Assembly: GCA_012729375.1 (NCBI GenBank)
Contig: JAAYDE010000100.1
Coordinates: 10,414 to 74,413, forward strand
Length of the DNA stretch: 64,000 bases
Direction: 5' to 3'
Origin: Deltaproteobacteria bacterium
GTDB taxonomy: Bacteria > Desulfobacterota > Desulfuromonadia > Desulfuromonadales > JAAYDE01
This document shows, piece after piece, positions 31,004 through 41,571 of this stretch (positions are counted from its first letter, which is position 1; each line of letters starts with the position of its first letter). A model generated the notes under the pieces. That model ran no database searches, had not been told where the DNA came from, and worked only from the letters and a program-made list of their open reading frames with translations. Both the position numbers and the translations under genes were made by a program.

Positions 31004-31035
31004 GGGGCAGGAGAGGGGCGAGGGGGCGGAGCGGG

Positions 31036-31419
31036 TCAGCGTGTCTCTCTGGCTCTTTTCATCCGGTCGCTGTGCAGTTCCTGGAGTTGCATCGCGCAGG
31101 CCATGTGGACCGTCCTGGCCAGGTTGATGGCCTCCACGGCGGCGATCCCGGCGTTTTCCATCATCACCTGCTGGCGTACGGTTTCCGTCAGCAGGTAGAT
31201 TTTCATCCCCAATTGCGCCTTGGGGGAGGAGTTGGGGCGTTCCGCCAGCCGGTTGGCCGCGTTCCGGTATTCCCGCGGCAGGCCGGCCGATTCCAGCAAG
31301 TCGCCGGCCAAGGTTTCATAATCGGTCAGATAGAGTTCGATATCGGCATGGGTGCGGTTCCCGTCCAGGAGACCGCGCAGGCGGCGAATCGCTTCTTCCG
31401 TCGGTGAGGGTTGTTCCAT
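31036..31419 (-). CDS. Hypothetical helical protein
   Basis: AGAGGA RBS before MEQPSPTEEA; 127 aa; GC-rich codon usage. Confidence 0.6.
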   Translation of the reverse strand: MEQPSPTEEAIRRLRGLLDGNRTHADIELYLTDYETLAGDLLESAGLPREYRNAANRLAERPNSSPKAQLGMKIYLLTETVRQQVMMENAGIAAVEAINLARTVHMACAMQLQELHSDRMKRARETR

Positions 31420-31601
31420 CGTCGGTTGTCCTCTGTGGATAGGGGTGGCAGAAACGGCCGCCGCCACGGAGGCGGCGGGCAGGGACTTTTTGAACTGGAT
31501 TCCAGCCCGCTCGGCATGCTATCAAGAAGGCTGGACGGGCCGCAATCCTCAAATCCTCAGGCAGTCTCAAAAAGTTATCAGCGGATTGAAAAATAAACTC
31601 T

Positions 31602-32411
31602 ATGGTTGACGTACAGAATCGCCCCGACAACCGCAACATCCCCATCGATCAGGTCGGCGTTGCCGATTTGCGCTACCCGATCACCGTTCTCGACCGTTAT
31701 CAGGGACGGCAGGGCACCGTGGCCAACATCCGGATGACGGTCAATCTTCCCCACCATTTCAAGGGGACGCACATGAGCCGCTTCATCGAGGTGCTCAACT
31801 CCCACCGGGGAGAGGTGACCATGTGGACGGTGCTGCGGATTCTCCACGATCTCAAGGAACGTCTCGACGCCGAACGGGCCCGTGTGGAAGTGAATTTCCC
31901 TTATTTTCTGGAAAAATTGGCGCCGGTGAGCCGGGCGCCGGGCCTTATGGAATACGAATGCGCCTTCATCGGCGAATCGGGCGCCGGGGGGGATGATTTC
32001 ATTCTCAGCGTCAAGGTGCCGGTGACCAGCCTGTGCCCCTGCAGCAAGGCCCTGTCCCGGTACGGGGCACACAACCAGCGCGGCCATATCACCATCGAGG
32101 CACGCAGCTGCGTTGTCGCGAAAAAGCCGGAGGAGCTGATCTGGATCGAGGAACTGGTCGAGGTGGCCGAATCCTCCGCTTCCGCTCCCGTCTATGCCCT
32201 GCTCAAGCGGGACGATGAAAAAGCGCTGACCGAGATGGCCTACGACCATCCCGTTTTCGTCGAGGACATCGTCCGCAATGTCGCCCAGAAGTTGATGGCC
32301 GACGATCGCGTGGCCTGGTTCAAGGTGACCGCCGTCAACCAGGAAAGCATACACAACCACAGCGCTTTCGCCGAGATCGAGTGGCGGCGGGAAACGTCCG
32401 CGACGGCCTAG
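31602..32411 (+). CDS. folE2: GTP cyclohydrolase IB
   Basis: KGTHMSRF, TSLCPCSK, GAHNQRG, FVEDIVR, ESIHNHSA. Confidence 0.95.
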   Translation: MVDVQNRPDNRNIPIDQVGVADLRYPITVLDRYQGRQGTVANIRMTVNLPHHFKGTHMSRFIEVLNSHRGEVTMWTVLRILHDLKERLDAERARVEVNFPYFLEKLAPVSRAPGLMEYECAFIGESGAGGDDFILSVKVPVTSLCPCSKALSRYGAHNQRGHITIEARSCVVAKKPEELIWIEELVEVAESSASAPVYALLKRDDEKALTEMAYDHPVFVEDIVRNVAQKLMADDRVAWFKVTAVNQESIHNHSAFAEIEWRRETSATA

Positions 32412-33352
32412 CTTTGCACCGCTTTCCGGTTTTTGTTTTCAGCCAGAAATTCCGCCATCGTCTCTTCGGCCTTGAGATAGCCCAGCCGGATCAGTTCGTC
32501 GGCGCGGTGGAAATCGAGAAAGGTGCAGGCGCTCTTCGGGATGGGGATGATGAGGTCGGGGGAATAGGTGGCCAGCTTGAAACGGGCGATGGCGTTCTGC
32601 ATCGTGTCCATCGATTGGGAGATGATATCGAGCAGGCCGATCTCCTCTTCCTGTGCTTTTTCATCCTCTCTAGGCAGCCATTTCTGCTGCAGATCCTCCA
32701 CGAAATTGAGAATGCCGTTTCGGTAACGCTCCCAGGCGTTGTGAGGCAGGGTGTCGTCCTCCGCCGCCGCGATGACCGGCGCCTCCCCTTTGGCGCTGAG
32801 GCTCACCGCAATGGTCAGGTCGGTCATGTCCCGCAAGGTCGGCGCGATGGGGATGGGGTTGAGCAGGCCGCCGTCGAAAAGAACCTTGCCCTGGTAGTTG
32901 AAGGGGGTGAAAAAGGTGGGAATGGCGATGGAGGCGCGGATGGCGTCGAACAGGGGTCCTTTGCTCAGCCAGACCTCCTTTTCCGCCTGGATATCGGTGG
33001 CCACCGCCGTGAAGGAAATGGGCAGATCCTCGATGTTGCGGTCTCCGATCAGTTTCTTGAGGGCGCCGATGACCTTTTCTCCTTTGAAAAAGCCCCTGCC
33101 GCCGAAAGTGAAATCGAGCAGCATCAGTACGTCTTTGCGTTCCAGGGCCCGCGCCCAGTGGGCGTAAGCATCGAGTTCCCCCGCGGCATAGATGCCGCCG
33201 ATGAGAGCGCCCATGGAGCAACCCGCAATGGAACGGATGTCAAAGCCGTTTTCGGTCAGCCACCGAATGATGCCGATATGGGCGTAACCGCGGGCGCCAC
33301 CGCTGCCGAGCACCAGGGAGACGGTGGTTTTTTTCTTCTTTTTAGCGGCCAT
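32408..33352 (-). CDS. Patatin-like phospholipase (RssA/NTE family)
   Basis: GSGGARG, GCSMG, DGG motifs. Confidence 0.92.
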   Translation of the reverse strand: MAAKKKKKTTVSLVLGSGGARGYAHIGIIRWLTENGFDIRSIAGCSMGALIGGIYAAGELDAYAHWARALERKDVLMLLDFTFGGRGFFKGEKVIGALKKLIGDRNIEDLPISFTAVATDIQAEKEVWLSKGPLFDAIRASIAIPTFFTPFNYQGKVLFDGGLLNPIPIAPTLRDMTDLTIAVSLSAKGEAPVIAAAEDDTLPHNAWERYRNGILNFVEDLQQKWLPREDEKAQEEEIGLLDIISQSMDTMQNAIARFKLATYSPDLIIPIPKSACTFLDFHRADELIRLGYLKAEETMAEFLAENKNRKAVQS

Positions 33353-34064
33353 GGGATAACTCCTTCGACGAATCGTTGAGGTCCTTGGGTTGAAAATCTT
33401 CGGAGGCGATGCGGTGGGCCCAGCGGGTGGTTTCCGGGAGGCGGTAGCGGGTCACACAGCGCAGGACGAAATCCCGGGCCTTTTCCAGGCTGATCCGGTG
33501 CCCGGCGGAGATGAACAGCGGCTTGATCCCGGTTCGTGTCCTTACCACTGAGCCGATGATCTCGCCCCGGTCGGTCAACGGTACCCAGTTCCCCTTTTCT
33601 TCCGGAAGCGGCCCGAAGGTGCCGCAAAGGCGTGATTTGGCGACGCCGACGGCCGGCAGGCCGGTGAGCAGCCCGAGATGGCAGGCGAGACCGAAACGAC
33701 GCGGATGCGCCCGCCCCTGGCCGTCGCAGAGCAGCAGATCGGGGCGAACCCGCAACCTGGCCAGCGCCGCCAGCGCCGCCGGCGCTTCGCGGAAGGAGAG
33801 CAGCCCCGGCACGTATGGAAAGCATAGTTCCTTTTCGGCGACCGCCCAATCGGCCAACTCCAGTTCCGGAAAACTCAGCACCGCCACCGCCGCCCTGGCT
33901 TTTTCCTCCCCCTTCCTCCAACCCACGTCGATGCCCGCGACAAAACGCACCTCGTTGAAATCATCCGCCGTGACGACCTTGCCGGCCAGGGATTTCTGGA
34001 GAACGACGGCTTCCCTGGGGGTCAGGTCCCAGGGGTGAAAAAGATCGGAAGAGAAAGAGGTCAT
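33342..34064 (-). CDS. nfi: Endonuclease V
   Basis: AGIDVG, FPYVPGLLSFRE, DGQGRAHPRRFGLA, GVAKS, RLPETTRWAH. Confidence 0.95.
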   Translation of the reverse strand: MTSFSSDLFHPWDLTPREAVVLQKSLAGKVVTADDFNEVRFVAGIDVGWRKGEEKARAAVAVLSFPELELADWAVAEKELCFPYVPGLLSFREAPAALAALARLRVRPDLLLCDGQGRAHPRRFGLACHLGLLTGLPAVGVAKSRLCGTFGPLPEEKGNWVPLTDRGEIIGSVVRTRTGIKPLFISAGHRISLEKARDFVLRCVTRYRLPETTRWAHRIASEDFQPKDLNDSSKELSHGR

Positions 34065-34305
34065 GGTTCTCAATTTCCTTGGACGTGTGTCGGTTTAAAA
34101 AGCTATCACATTCCGCGGAGGTGAGGGTAGGAGTTCCTGGGGGTGCGACGGATTAAAGGGCAACAAAGAATTTTTAGAAAGTGTTCTCGTCCTTGACGGA
34201 TGTGGAGAAATGTGTAAAAAATAAAATACTTTTAACAGGTTGCAAGGTTAAAAAGAGCGATTTGCCAGGCGACTTGGGCCCTTTTTAGGTGCTGGGGGAT
34301 TAGGG

Positions 34306-35469
34306 ATGCTTATAACCAGGCTGGTTCTGAAAAATTGGCGCAATTTCAAAAACATTGACGTCCACTTGCGAGAGAGGGTGTATGTCATTGGTCCCAATGC
34401 CTCCGGTAAATCAAACTTTTTGGATGTATTACGATTTTTAAGGGATATTGCCAAAGCCGAAGGCGGTGGGTTGCAAAAAGCGGTCAAGGATCGGGGAGGG
34501 ATGACGAAGTTGCGCTGTCTGATGGCCCGTAAAGATACCGAAATATTGATTGAGGTAGAGATTTCGGAGCGTGTTGATACTCCCGCGACATGGAAATACT
34601 CCCTTGGTTTTCGAAGCGAAGGGAAAGGGGCTCAACGGGTTATCGTCAGCCGGGAACGGGTGGAAGATCTTGTCAATGGGGCGGTTCTCCTCGAACGACC
34701 CGTCGAGGCTGATAAAAGTGATCCGGAAATGCGAACCCAAACCCATCTTGAGCAGATCAATACCAACAAAAATTTTCGGGAATTGGCGGATTTTTTCGCC
34801 AATGTGACCTACTTGCATCTGGTCCCCCAGTTGCTCAAGCATGCCGACCAACTGGGAGGCTACCGGCTGGAGGATGATCCCTTCGGACAGGCCTTTCTGG
34901 AACGGATTGCCAAGACTCCTGAAAAAACCCAGGAGTCACGGCTTAAGAAAATCGAAAAGGTGCTCAGGGTTTGTGTCCCAAACATGCGAGATCTGAGGTT
35001 TAAGCGCGATGAAATAAAAGGGACCCCCCATTTGGAAGCCATGTATGAACATTGGCGTCCGGAGGCCGGGTGGCAGCGGGAGGACCAGTTTTCCGACGGG
35101 ACCTTGCGGCTGCTCGGCATCATGTGGTCGCTGCTGGAAGGGGATTCCCTGCTTTTGCTGGAAGAGCCGGAACTCTCACTGAATGAGGATATTGTCCGAC
35201 AAATCCATAAGCTGCTCTGGAGCATGCAGCGGCAGGCCAAATATCGCCGGCAGATTTTTATTACCACTCACAGTGAAGCCTTGCTTGAGGATCAATCCAT
35301 CGATGCCCGCGAAGTCATCAGGCTGGAGCCGAACAAGAACGGCACCTTGGCACACGAGACATCCGAGGAAGATCTGAAATTGATTTCAGCTGGTTACACC
35401 ATTTCAGAGGTAATTTTGCCGAAAGCCAAGCCCGCCAAAATGGATCAGCTGAATCTGCCGTTCCAATAG
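34306..35469 (+). CDS. ABC-type AAA ATPase (AAA_21/AAA_15-like), putative defence ATPase
   Basis: NWRNF, Walker A GPNASGKSN, signature-like FSDGTLR, Walker B LLLEEPE, ITTHS; lower GC than flanks by eye. Confidence 0.88.
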   Translation: MLITRLVLKNWRNFKNIDVHLRERVYVIGPNASGKSNFLDVLRFLRDIAKAEGGGLQKAVKDRGGMTKLRCLMARKDTEILIEVEISERVDTPATWKYSLGFRSEGKGAQRVIVSRERVEDLVNGAVLLERPVEADKSDPEMRTQTHLEQINTNKNFRELADFFANVTYLHLVPQLLKHADQLGGYRLEDDPFGQAFLERIAKTPEKTQESRLKKIEKVLRVCVPNMRDLRFKRDEIKGTPHLEAMYEHWRPEAGWQREDQFSDGTLRLLGIMWSLLEGDSLLLLEEPELSLNEDIVRQIHKLLWSMQRQAKYRRQIFITTHSEALLEDQSIDAREVIRLEPNKNGTLAHETSEEDLKLISAGYTISEVILPKAKPAKMDQLNLPFQ

Positions 35470-35483
35470 GCATAGGACCGAAT

Positions 35484-36076
35484 ATGCTGAATGTGATCGT
35501 GGAGGATGTCCTCAGCGAAACGGTCATGAGGAGATTGCTCGAACAGGTTGGATTTCAGGGAGAGTCCACTTTTCGAATGATGCGGGGAAACGGGAAAATC
35601 CGCCAAGGGATGCCGAAATTTGCTGTGGCCGCGAGCCGATTTTTCCCGCACATCGTTTTGACCGATCTGGACCGGTATCCCTGCCCTTTGGCTCTGATGG
35701 AGACCTGGAGCATGGGATCTCTTCCCGAAGCCCTGTTGTTTCGGATCGCGGTGCATGAGGTCGAATCATGGCTGATGGCGGATCGGGAGAGGTTTGCTGC
35801 TTCTCTGTCTCTGCCAATTGGCAAGGTGCCTCTTAACCCTGATTTGGAACCCGATGCCAAGCAATGTCTGTTCGGATTGATTCGGAAAAGCAGGAAACGG
35901 AGGCTTCGGAAAGAGCTTCTGCCGACGGTTGGGTCTCATATCGGCCCCTTAACGATTTTTTTTGCCAGTTTGTCCGGGAGCATTGGCAGGTGGAAGAAGC
36001 TGCCAAGCATTCTCCCAGTCTGGGACGGAGTCTGGATAGGTTGGCTGCCTTTTGTGGCAAAATTGCCAAACGTTAA
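35484..36076 (+). pseudogene. DUF4276-like TOPRIM protein, frameshifted near 35945-35951
   Basis: VED, LTDLD, EVESWLMADRE motifs; the family-like C-terminus (NDFFCQFVREHW...HSPSLGR) continues in another frame to TAA 36076. Confidence 0.7.
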
Positions 36077-36132
36077 AGTACCTGCCATTGCTGTCAACCC
36101 TTGTTCTGCGAACGGATTTTTCTTTTTCCCCC

Positions 36133-37578
36133 ATGTCCCTTGATTTCACCACCCTGGAGCTGCTGCGCCAGAACCATCCCGCCTGGAAACTGCTGCGCTC
36201 CGATAACGCCTCGCTGGTGGCTGGATTCCTGTACCGGGTTTTTGTCGCGCCCAATGTCCGGATCATGTCCCAGGCCGATCTGGCCGAGGCCTTGGAGGAT
36301 GAGCTCTTCGCCCTGCGGGAGCAGTACGGGGCCGAGGCCTTCCCGCGTTCGGGGCGGTCCTATCTCGACGACTGGGCCGACAATGCCAAGGGCTGGTTGC
36401 GGAAGTTTTATCCCGCCGGTTCCGACGAACCCCATTTCGATCTGACCCCGGCCACGGAAAAGGCCCTGACCTGGCTGGCCAGCCTGGGGGAGCGGCGTTT
36501 CGTGGGGACCGAGTCACGGCTGCTGACCCTGTTCGAACTGCTCCGGCAGATGAGCGAAGGGAGCCAGACCGATCCCCGGGTGCGCATCGCCGAGCTGCAG
36601 AAGCGCCGCGACGCCATCGACGCGGAGATCGGTCGCATCCGCAACGGCGATATTCCGCTGCTGGACGAGACCGCCATCAAAGATCGGTTCCAGCAGTTTC
36701 TGCAGATGGCCAGGGAACTGCTGAGCGATTTCCGCGCCGTCGAAGGCAACTTTCGCCATCTCGACCGCCGGGTGCGGGAGCGTATCGCGCTCTGGGAGGG
36801 GGGGAAGGGCGCTCTGCTGGAAGAGATCATGGGCGAGCGGGACGCCATCGCCGATTCCGACGAGGGCAAGAGCTTCCGGGCCTTTTGGGATTTTCTCATG
36901 TCCCCGACCCGGCAGGAGGAACTGACCCGCCTCCTGGAGCAGATCCTGGATCTGAAACCGGTTCAGGAGCTGCATCCGGAGCCGCGGCTGCAGCGCATCC
37001 ATTACGACTGGCTGGAAGCGGGCGAGCACACCCAGCGCACCGTGGCCCTGCTTTCCCGCCAGTTGCGGCGCTTTCTCGACGACCAGGCGTGGCTGGAAAA
37101 CCGCCGCATCATGGATATCCTGCGCGACATCGAGGGCCGCGCCCTGGCGGTGCGCGAGGCACCGCCGGCGGGAACCTTCATGGCCTTGGCCGAAACCGGC
37201 GCGGCCATCGAACTCCCCTTTGAACGCCCCCTCTATTCTCCGCCCCTGAAACCGCTGATCGCCGATCTGGATCCGGAGGTCGGGGAGGCCGAAATCGATA
37301 CGGCGGCGCTTTACGCCCAAGTGGTGGTTGATCGCGAGGAGTTGGCCGGTTATATTCGTCGCGAGTTGCAGTCGGCTTCCCGGATCGGCCTCGGCGAGGT
37401 CATCGCTCGCCATCCCCTGCGTCACGGCCTGGCCGAGCTGATCGCCTACCTGCAGGTCGCCGGCGAATGGCCCGGCTCGGCCGTGGACGAGGAGCAGCGG
37501 GAGCGGGTGGAGTGGGAAACGGCGGAGGGCGCGGTTCGCGCGGCCCGGATTCCGCGCATTGTTTTCGTGAGGGAGTGA
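36133..37578 (+). CDS. jetA: Wadjet JetA (DUF3375, kleisin-like)
   Basis: HPAWKLLR, GWLRKFY, FVGTESRL, GKSFRAFWDFL, LRRFLDDQAWLENRR; first gene of a four-gene block. Confidence 0.9.
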   Translation: MSLDFTTLELLRQNHPAWKLLRSDNASLVAGFLYRVFVAPNVRIMSQADLAEALEDELFALREQYGAEAFPRSGRSYLDDWADNAKGWLRKFYPAGSDEPHFDLTPATEKALTWLASLGERRFVGTESRLLTLFELLRQMSEGSQTDPRVRIAELQKRRDAIDAEIGRIRNGDIPLLDETAIKDRFQQFLQMARELLSDFRAVEGNFRHLDRRVRERIALWEGGKGALLEEIMGERDAIADSDEGKSFRAFWDFLMSPTRQEELTRLLEQILDLKPVQELHPEPRLQRIHYDWLEAGEHTQRTVALLSRQLRRFLDDQAWLENRRIMDILRDIEGRALAVREAPPAGTFMALAETGAAIELPFERPLYSPPLKPLIADLDPEVGEAEIDTAALYAQVVVDREELAGYIRRELQSASRIGLGEVIARHPLRHGLAELIAYLQVAGEWPGSAVDEEQRERVEWETAEGAVRAARIPRIVFVRE

Positions 37579-37580
37579 CG

Positions 37581-38210
37581 ATGGCGATCCCGGCTAAAGG
37601 AACCCCCGGGGTTCCAGGCGATGGCCCCGATCTGTCGGCCGTGGTGGTGCCGCTGCTCAAAGGGGTGGTCTACCTGGAGGAGAGCCCCGAACTGTGGAAT
37701 TCCCTGCTGAATCTACAGGCGGCGGTGCGCGATTACGTGGCCGTGCTCGGCCTGGAACTGATCCTGGACGAGGCCGAGGGGTATGCTTTTCTGCGCTCCA
37801 GGCCGGAGGCCGCGGACGAGGCGGCCAGGGTGCCGCGCCTGGTGGCGCGGCGCCAGCTCTCCTTCCCGGTCAGTCTGCTGCTGGCGCTGCTGCGCAAGAA
37901 GCTGGCCGAGTTTGACGCCGCGGGCGGCGGCACGCGGCTGATCCTTTCCCGGGACGAGGTGGCCGAGCTGATTCGGGTTTTCCTCCCTGCCGGGAGCAAC
38001 GAAACCCGGTTGATCGACCAGGTTGACGGTTATCTCAACAAGGTGGTGGATCTCGGTTTCGCCCGGCGCCTGCGGGGTCAAGAGGAGATGTTCGAAGTGC
38101 GTCGCATACTCAAGGCGTTCGTCGATGCCCAGTGGCTCAACGAGCTGGATCAGCGGCTCGCCGCCTATCAGGAGCGGCTGGGCCGGCCGGGAGAGCGGGA
38201 AGATGACTGA
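37581..38210 (+). CDS. jetB: Wadjet JetB (DUF4194, KITE-like)
   Basis: [46 protein letters not shown]. Confidence 0.9.
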   Translation: MAIPAKGTPGVPGDGPDLSAVVVPLLKGVVYLEESPELWNSLLNLQAAVRDYVAVLGLELILDEAEGYAFLRSRPEAADEAARVPRLVARRQLSFPVSLLLALLRKKLAEFDAAGGGTRLILSRDEVAELIRVFLPAGSNETRLIDQVDGYLNKVVDLGFARRLRGQEEMFEVRRILKAFVDAQWLNELDQRLAAYQERLGRPGEREDD

Positions 38211-41200
38211 AAACCTCGAGTTGGAATTCATGGCGGATGACCGGCTGGCCGGGTTCCGTTTGCAACGTCTGGAAGTGCTCAACTGGGGGACCTTTGACCG
38301 CCGGGTGTGGGTCCTGCCTCTGAACGGCCGTAACGCCCTGCTGACCGGGGATATCGGTTCCGGGAAATCGACCCTGGTGGATGCCCTGACCACCCTGCTG
38401 GCGCCGATCCAGCGCATCGCCTACAACAAGGCGGCCGGGGCCGACGCCAAGGAACGGAGCCTGCGCTCCTACACCCTGGGCTACTACAAATCGGAGCGCC
38501 AGGAAACCCTCGGCAGCGCCAAGCCGGTGGCGCTGCGCGACCACAACAGCTATTCGGTGCTCCTCGGCGTTTTTCACAACGCCGGCTACGCCAAGACCGT
38601 GACCCTGGCCCAGGTCTTCTGGATGAAGGAGGCTCAGGGGCAGCCGGCCCGGTTCTATGCGGCCTGCGAGCGCGACCTGACCATCGGCGCCGACTTCGCC
38701 CAATTCGGCGCCGACATCCTCACGTTGCGCAAGCGCCTCAAGGACGCGGGAGTGGCCCTGTTCGACAGCTTTCCCCCCTACGGCGCCTGGTTCCGCCGCC
38801 GTTTCGGGATCGACAACGAGCAGGCCCTCGATCTCTTCCTCCAGACCGTGTCCCTCAAATCGGTCGGAAATCTCACCGAGTTCGTCCGCACCCACATGCT
38901 CGAACCCTTTGACGTGGCGCCGCGCATCGCCGCTCTCATCAAGCATTACGACGACCTTCACCGCGCCTATGAAGCGGTTTTGAAGGCCAAGCGCCAGATC
39001 GAGATGCTGGGTCCCCTGGTGGCCGACTGCGACCGCCACGGGCAACTGATCGGCGCTGTCGCGGAGCTGCGCGCCTGCCGGGAAGCCCTCAAACCCTGGT
39101 TTTGCGGCTTCAAGCTGGAATTGCTGGAGAAACGCCTCGCCTCCCTGGACGAGGAACTGGAGCGGCATCAGAGTGCCATCCAGCGCCTGGAAGAACAGCG
39201 CCAGGCCCGGCGCGAACAGGAGCGGGAACTGCGCCGCAGCATCGCGGAACAGGGGGGCGACCGCATCGCCGCCCTGGCGGCGGCGATCCGCCGCCAGGAG
39301 GAAGAGCAGGAACGGCGCCGGCACAAGGCCGGTTACTACGGGGATCTGATCCGGGCTCTCGACCTTCCTCCGGCCGAGGATGAAGAATCCTTCCTGGATC
39401 AACGCCGGCATTGGCGGACTCTGCGGGAAGAAGCCGCTGAAAAAGAGGCCGCGGCCCAGAACGAGATGACCGAAGCCGGGGTTTTTCTGGCGCAGAAGCG
39501 TTCCGAGCACGACCGGCTGGCCGCTGAAATCAACGGTCTCAAACGCCGGGCCAGCAATATCGATGAACAGCAGATCACTCTGCGCCGCGCCCTGTGCCGC
39601 GCCCTTGACCTGGCGGAGGACGAATTCCCCTTTGCCGGCGAACTGATCCAGGTGCGGGAGGAGGAACGGGAGTGGGAAGGGGCCATCGAGCGGCTGTTGC
39701 GGAATTTCGGTCTGTCATTGCTGGTTCCGGATTCTCACTACTCCCGCGTGGCCGAGTGGGTGGACCGCACCCAGCTGAAAGGGCGGCTGGTCTATTTTCG
39801 TGTGCGCGAGGGCACAAAACCGCAGGAGACGTCCCCCATTTCCCCCGATTCGCTGTGCCGCAAGCTGGCTCTGAAACCCGATTCCCCCTATTACGACTGG
39901 CTGGAACGGGAGATCGCCCGCCGTTTTGATCTGGCCTGCTGCGCCACCCAGGAGCAGTTCCGGCGGGAGGCCCGGGCCCTGACCAGGGCCGGGCAGGTCA
40001 AGATGCCGGGGGAGCGCCACGAAAAGGACGACCGCCACGACCTCAACGACCGCAGCCGTTACGTCCTCGGCTGGAGCAACGCCGCCAAGCTGGCCGTTCT
40101 GGAAAGCCGGCGCCGCCGGCTGGAAAGGCATATGGGGGAGCTCGGCGCCCGCATTGCCGCTTTGCAGCAGGAGCGAAACCTTCTTCAGGAGCGGCTGGCC
40201 ATCCTCTCCAAACTGGAAGAGTACCGCGATTTTCGTGAACTCGACTGGCGCCCTCTGGTTTTGGAGATCGCCGGCCTTGAGGAAGAGAAGAAACGGCTCG
40301 AAACCGCCTCCGACACCCTTTTGGTGCTCGGTGCCAGGCTCGCGGAGGTGGAAACAGCACTGGCCGAGACGGAACAGCAACTCGACGACCGCAAGGACCG
40401 GCGTTCCCGAACCGAAGAGAAGAAAACCTTCGCGGCAGGGCTGCGCGACCAGACCCGCGCCTTGCTGGCGGCCGCGGGGCCGGGCCACGACCGGCATTTC
40501 GAACGGCTGGCGGGGTTGCGGCAAGAGGCCCTGGGCGAAGTGTCCCTGACGGTCGAGTCCTGCGAAAACCGCGAGCGGGAGATGCGGGATTGGCTCCAGA
40601 CCCAAATCGATGCCGAGGACGGCAAGATCCGCCGCCTGCAGGACAAAATTATCGATGCCATGCGTTCCTTCAGTACCTCCTATCCTCTCGAAACCCAGGA
40701 GGTGGATGTGGCCGTGGAAGCGGCCGGGGACTACCGGACGCTGCTGGAGCAGTTGCAAAGCGACGATCTGCCGCGCTTCGAGGCCCGTTTCAAGGAGCTG
40801 CTCCAAGAGAACACGATCCGCGAGGTGGCCAATTTCCAGTCGCAACTGAACCGGGAGCGGGAGACGATCAAGGAACGGATCGGCCACATCAACGATTCCC
40901 TGACCCAGATCGATTACAATCCCGGCCGCTACATCGCCCTCGAGGCCCAGGCGGCTCCGGACCCCGAGGTCCGGGAATTTCAGGCGGATTTGCGGGCCTG
41001 CACGGAAGACGCCCTGACCGGATCCGAGGAGTTCCACTATTCCGAGGGGAAGTTCCTCCAGGTGCGGCGGATCATCGAGCGTTTCCGCGGCCGGGAAGGC
41101 TCTTCGGAAATCGACCGGCGCTGGACCGCCAAGGTCACGGACGTGCGCAACTGGTTCGTCTTCGCGGCCAGCGAACGCTGGCGCGAGGACGACAGCGAAT

Positions 41201-41571
41201 ACGAGCATTATGCCGATTCGGCCGGCAAGTCGGGCGGGCAGAAGGAAAAACTCGCCTACACCGTGCTGGCCGCCAGCCTGGCCTATCAGTTCGGCCTCGA
41301 ATGGGGGGCGGTCCGGTCGCGCTCCTTCCGCTTCGTGGTCATCGACGAGGCCTTCGGCCGCGGCTCCGACGACTCGGCCCGCTACGGTCTCCAGCTCTTC
41401 GCCCAGCTCAACCTGCAACTGCTCATTGTCACACCCCTGCAGAAGATACACATCATCGAACCTTTTGTTTCCGCCGTCGGCTTTGTCCATAACGAGGACG
41501 GCCGCGCTTCGGTGCTGCGCAACCTGACCATCGAGGAGTACCGGGCCGAAAAGCAAAGGCAGACGGCATGA
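38203..41571 (+). CDS. jetC: Wadjet JetC SMC-like ATPase
   Basis: LNWGTF, Walker [10 protein letters not shown], long coiled coils, signature KSGGQ, Walker B VVIDEAF. Confidence 0.93.
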   Translation: MTENLELEFMADDRLAGFRLQRLEVLNWGTFDRRVWVLPLNGRNALLTGDIGSGKSTLVDALTTLLAPIQRIAYNKAAGADAKERSLRSYTLGYYKSERQETLGSAKPVALRDHNSYSVLLGVFHNAGYAKTVTLAQVFWMKEAQGQPARFYAACERDLTIGADFAQFGADILTLRKRLKDAGVALFDSFPPYGAWFRRRFGIDNEQALDLFLQTVSLKSVGNLTEFVRTHMLEPFDVAPRIAALIKHYDDLHRAYEAVLKAKRQIEMLGPLVADCDRHGQLIGAVAELRACREALKPWFCGFKLELLEKRLASLDEELERHQSAIQRLEEQRQARREQERELRRSIAEQGGDRIAALAAAIRRQEEEQERRRHKAGYYGDLIRALDLPPAEDEESFLDQRRHWRTLREEAAEKEAAAQNEMTEAGVFLAQKRSEHDRLAAEINGLKRRASNIDEQQITLRRALCRALDLAEDEFPFAGELIQVREEEREWEGAIERLLRNFGLSLLVPDSHYSRVAEWVDRTQLKGRLVYFRVREGTKPQETSPISPDSLCRKLALKPDSPYYDWLEREIARRFDLACCATQEQFRREARALTRAGQVKMPGERHEKDDRHDLNDRSRYVLGWSNAAKLAVLESRRRRLERHMGELGARIAALQQERNLLQERLAILSKLEEYRDFRELDWRPLVLEIAGLEEEKKRLETASDTLLVLGARLAEVETALAETEQQLDDRKDRRSRTEEKKTFAAGLRDQTRALLAAAGPGHDRHFERLAGLRQEALGEVSLTVESCENREREMRDWLQTQIDAEDGKIRRLQDKIIDAMRSFSTSYPLETQEVDVAVEAAGDYRTLLEQLQSDDLPRFEARFKELLQENTIREVANFQSQLNRERETIKERIGHINDSLTQIDYNPGRYIALEAQAAPDPEVREFQADLRACTEDALTGSEEFHYSEGKFLQVRRIIERFRGREGSSEIDRRWTAKVTDVRNWFVFAASERWREDDSEYEHYADSAGKSGGQKEKLAYTVLAASLAYQFGLEWGAVRSRSFRFVVIDEAFGRGSDDSARYGLQLFAQLNLQLLIVTPLQKIHIIEPFVSAVGFVHNEDGRASVLRNLTIEEYRAEKQRQTA

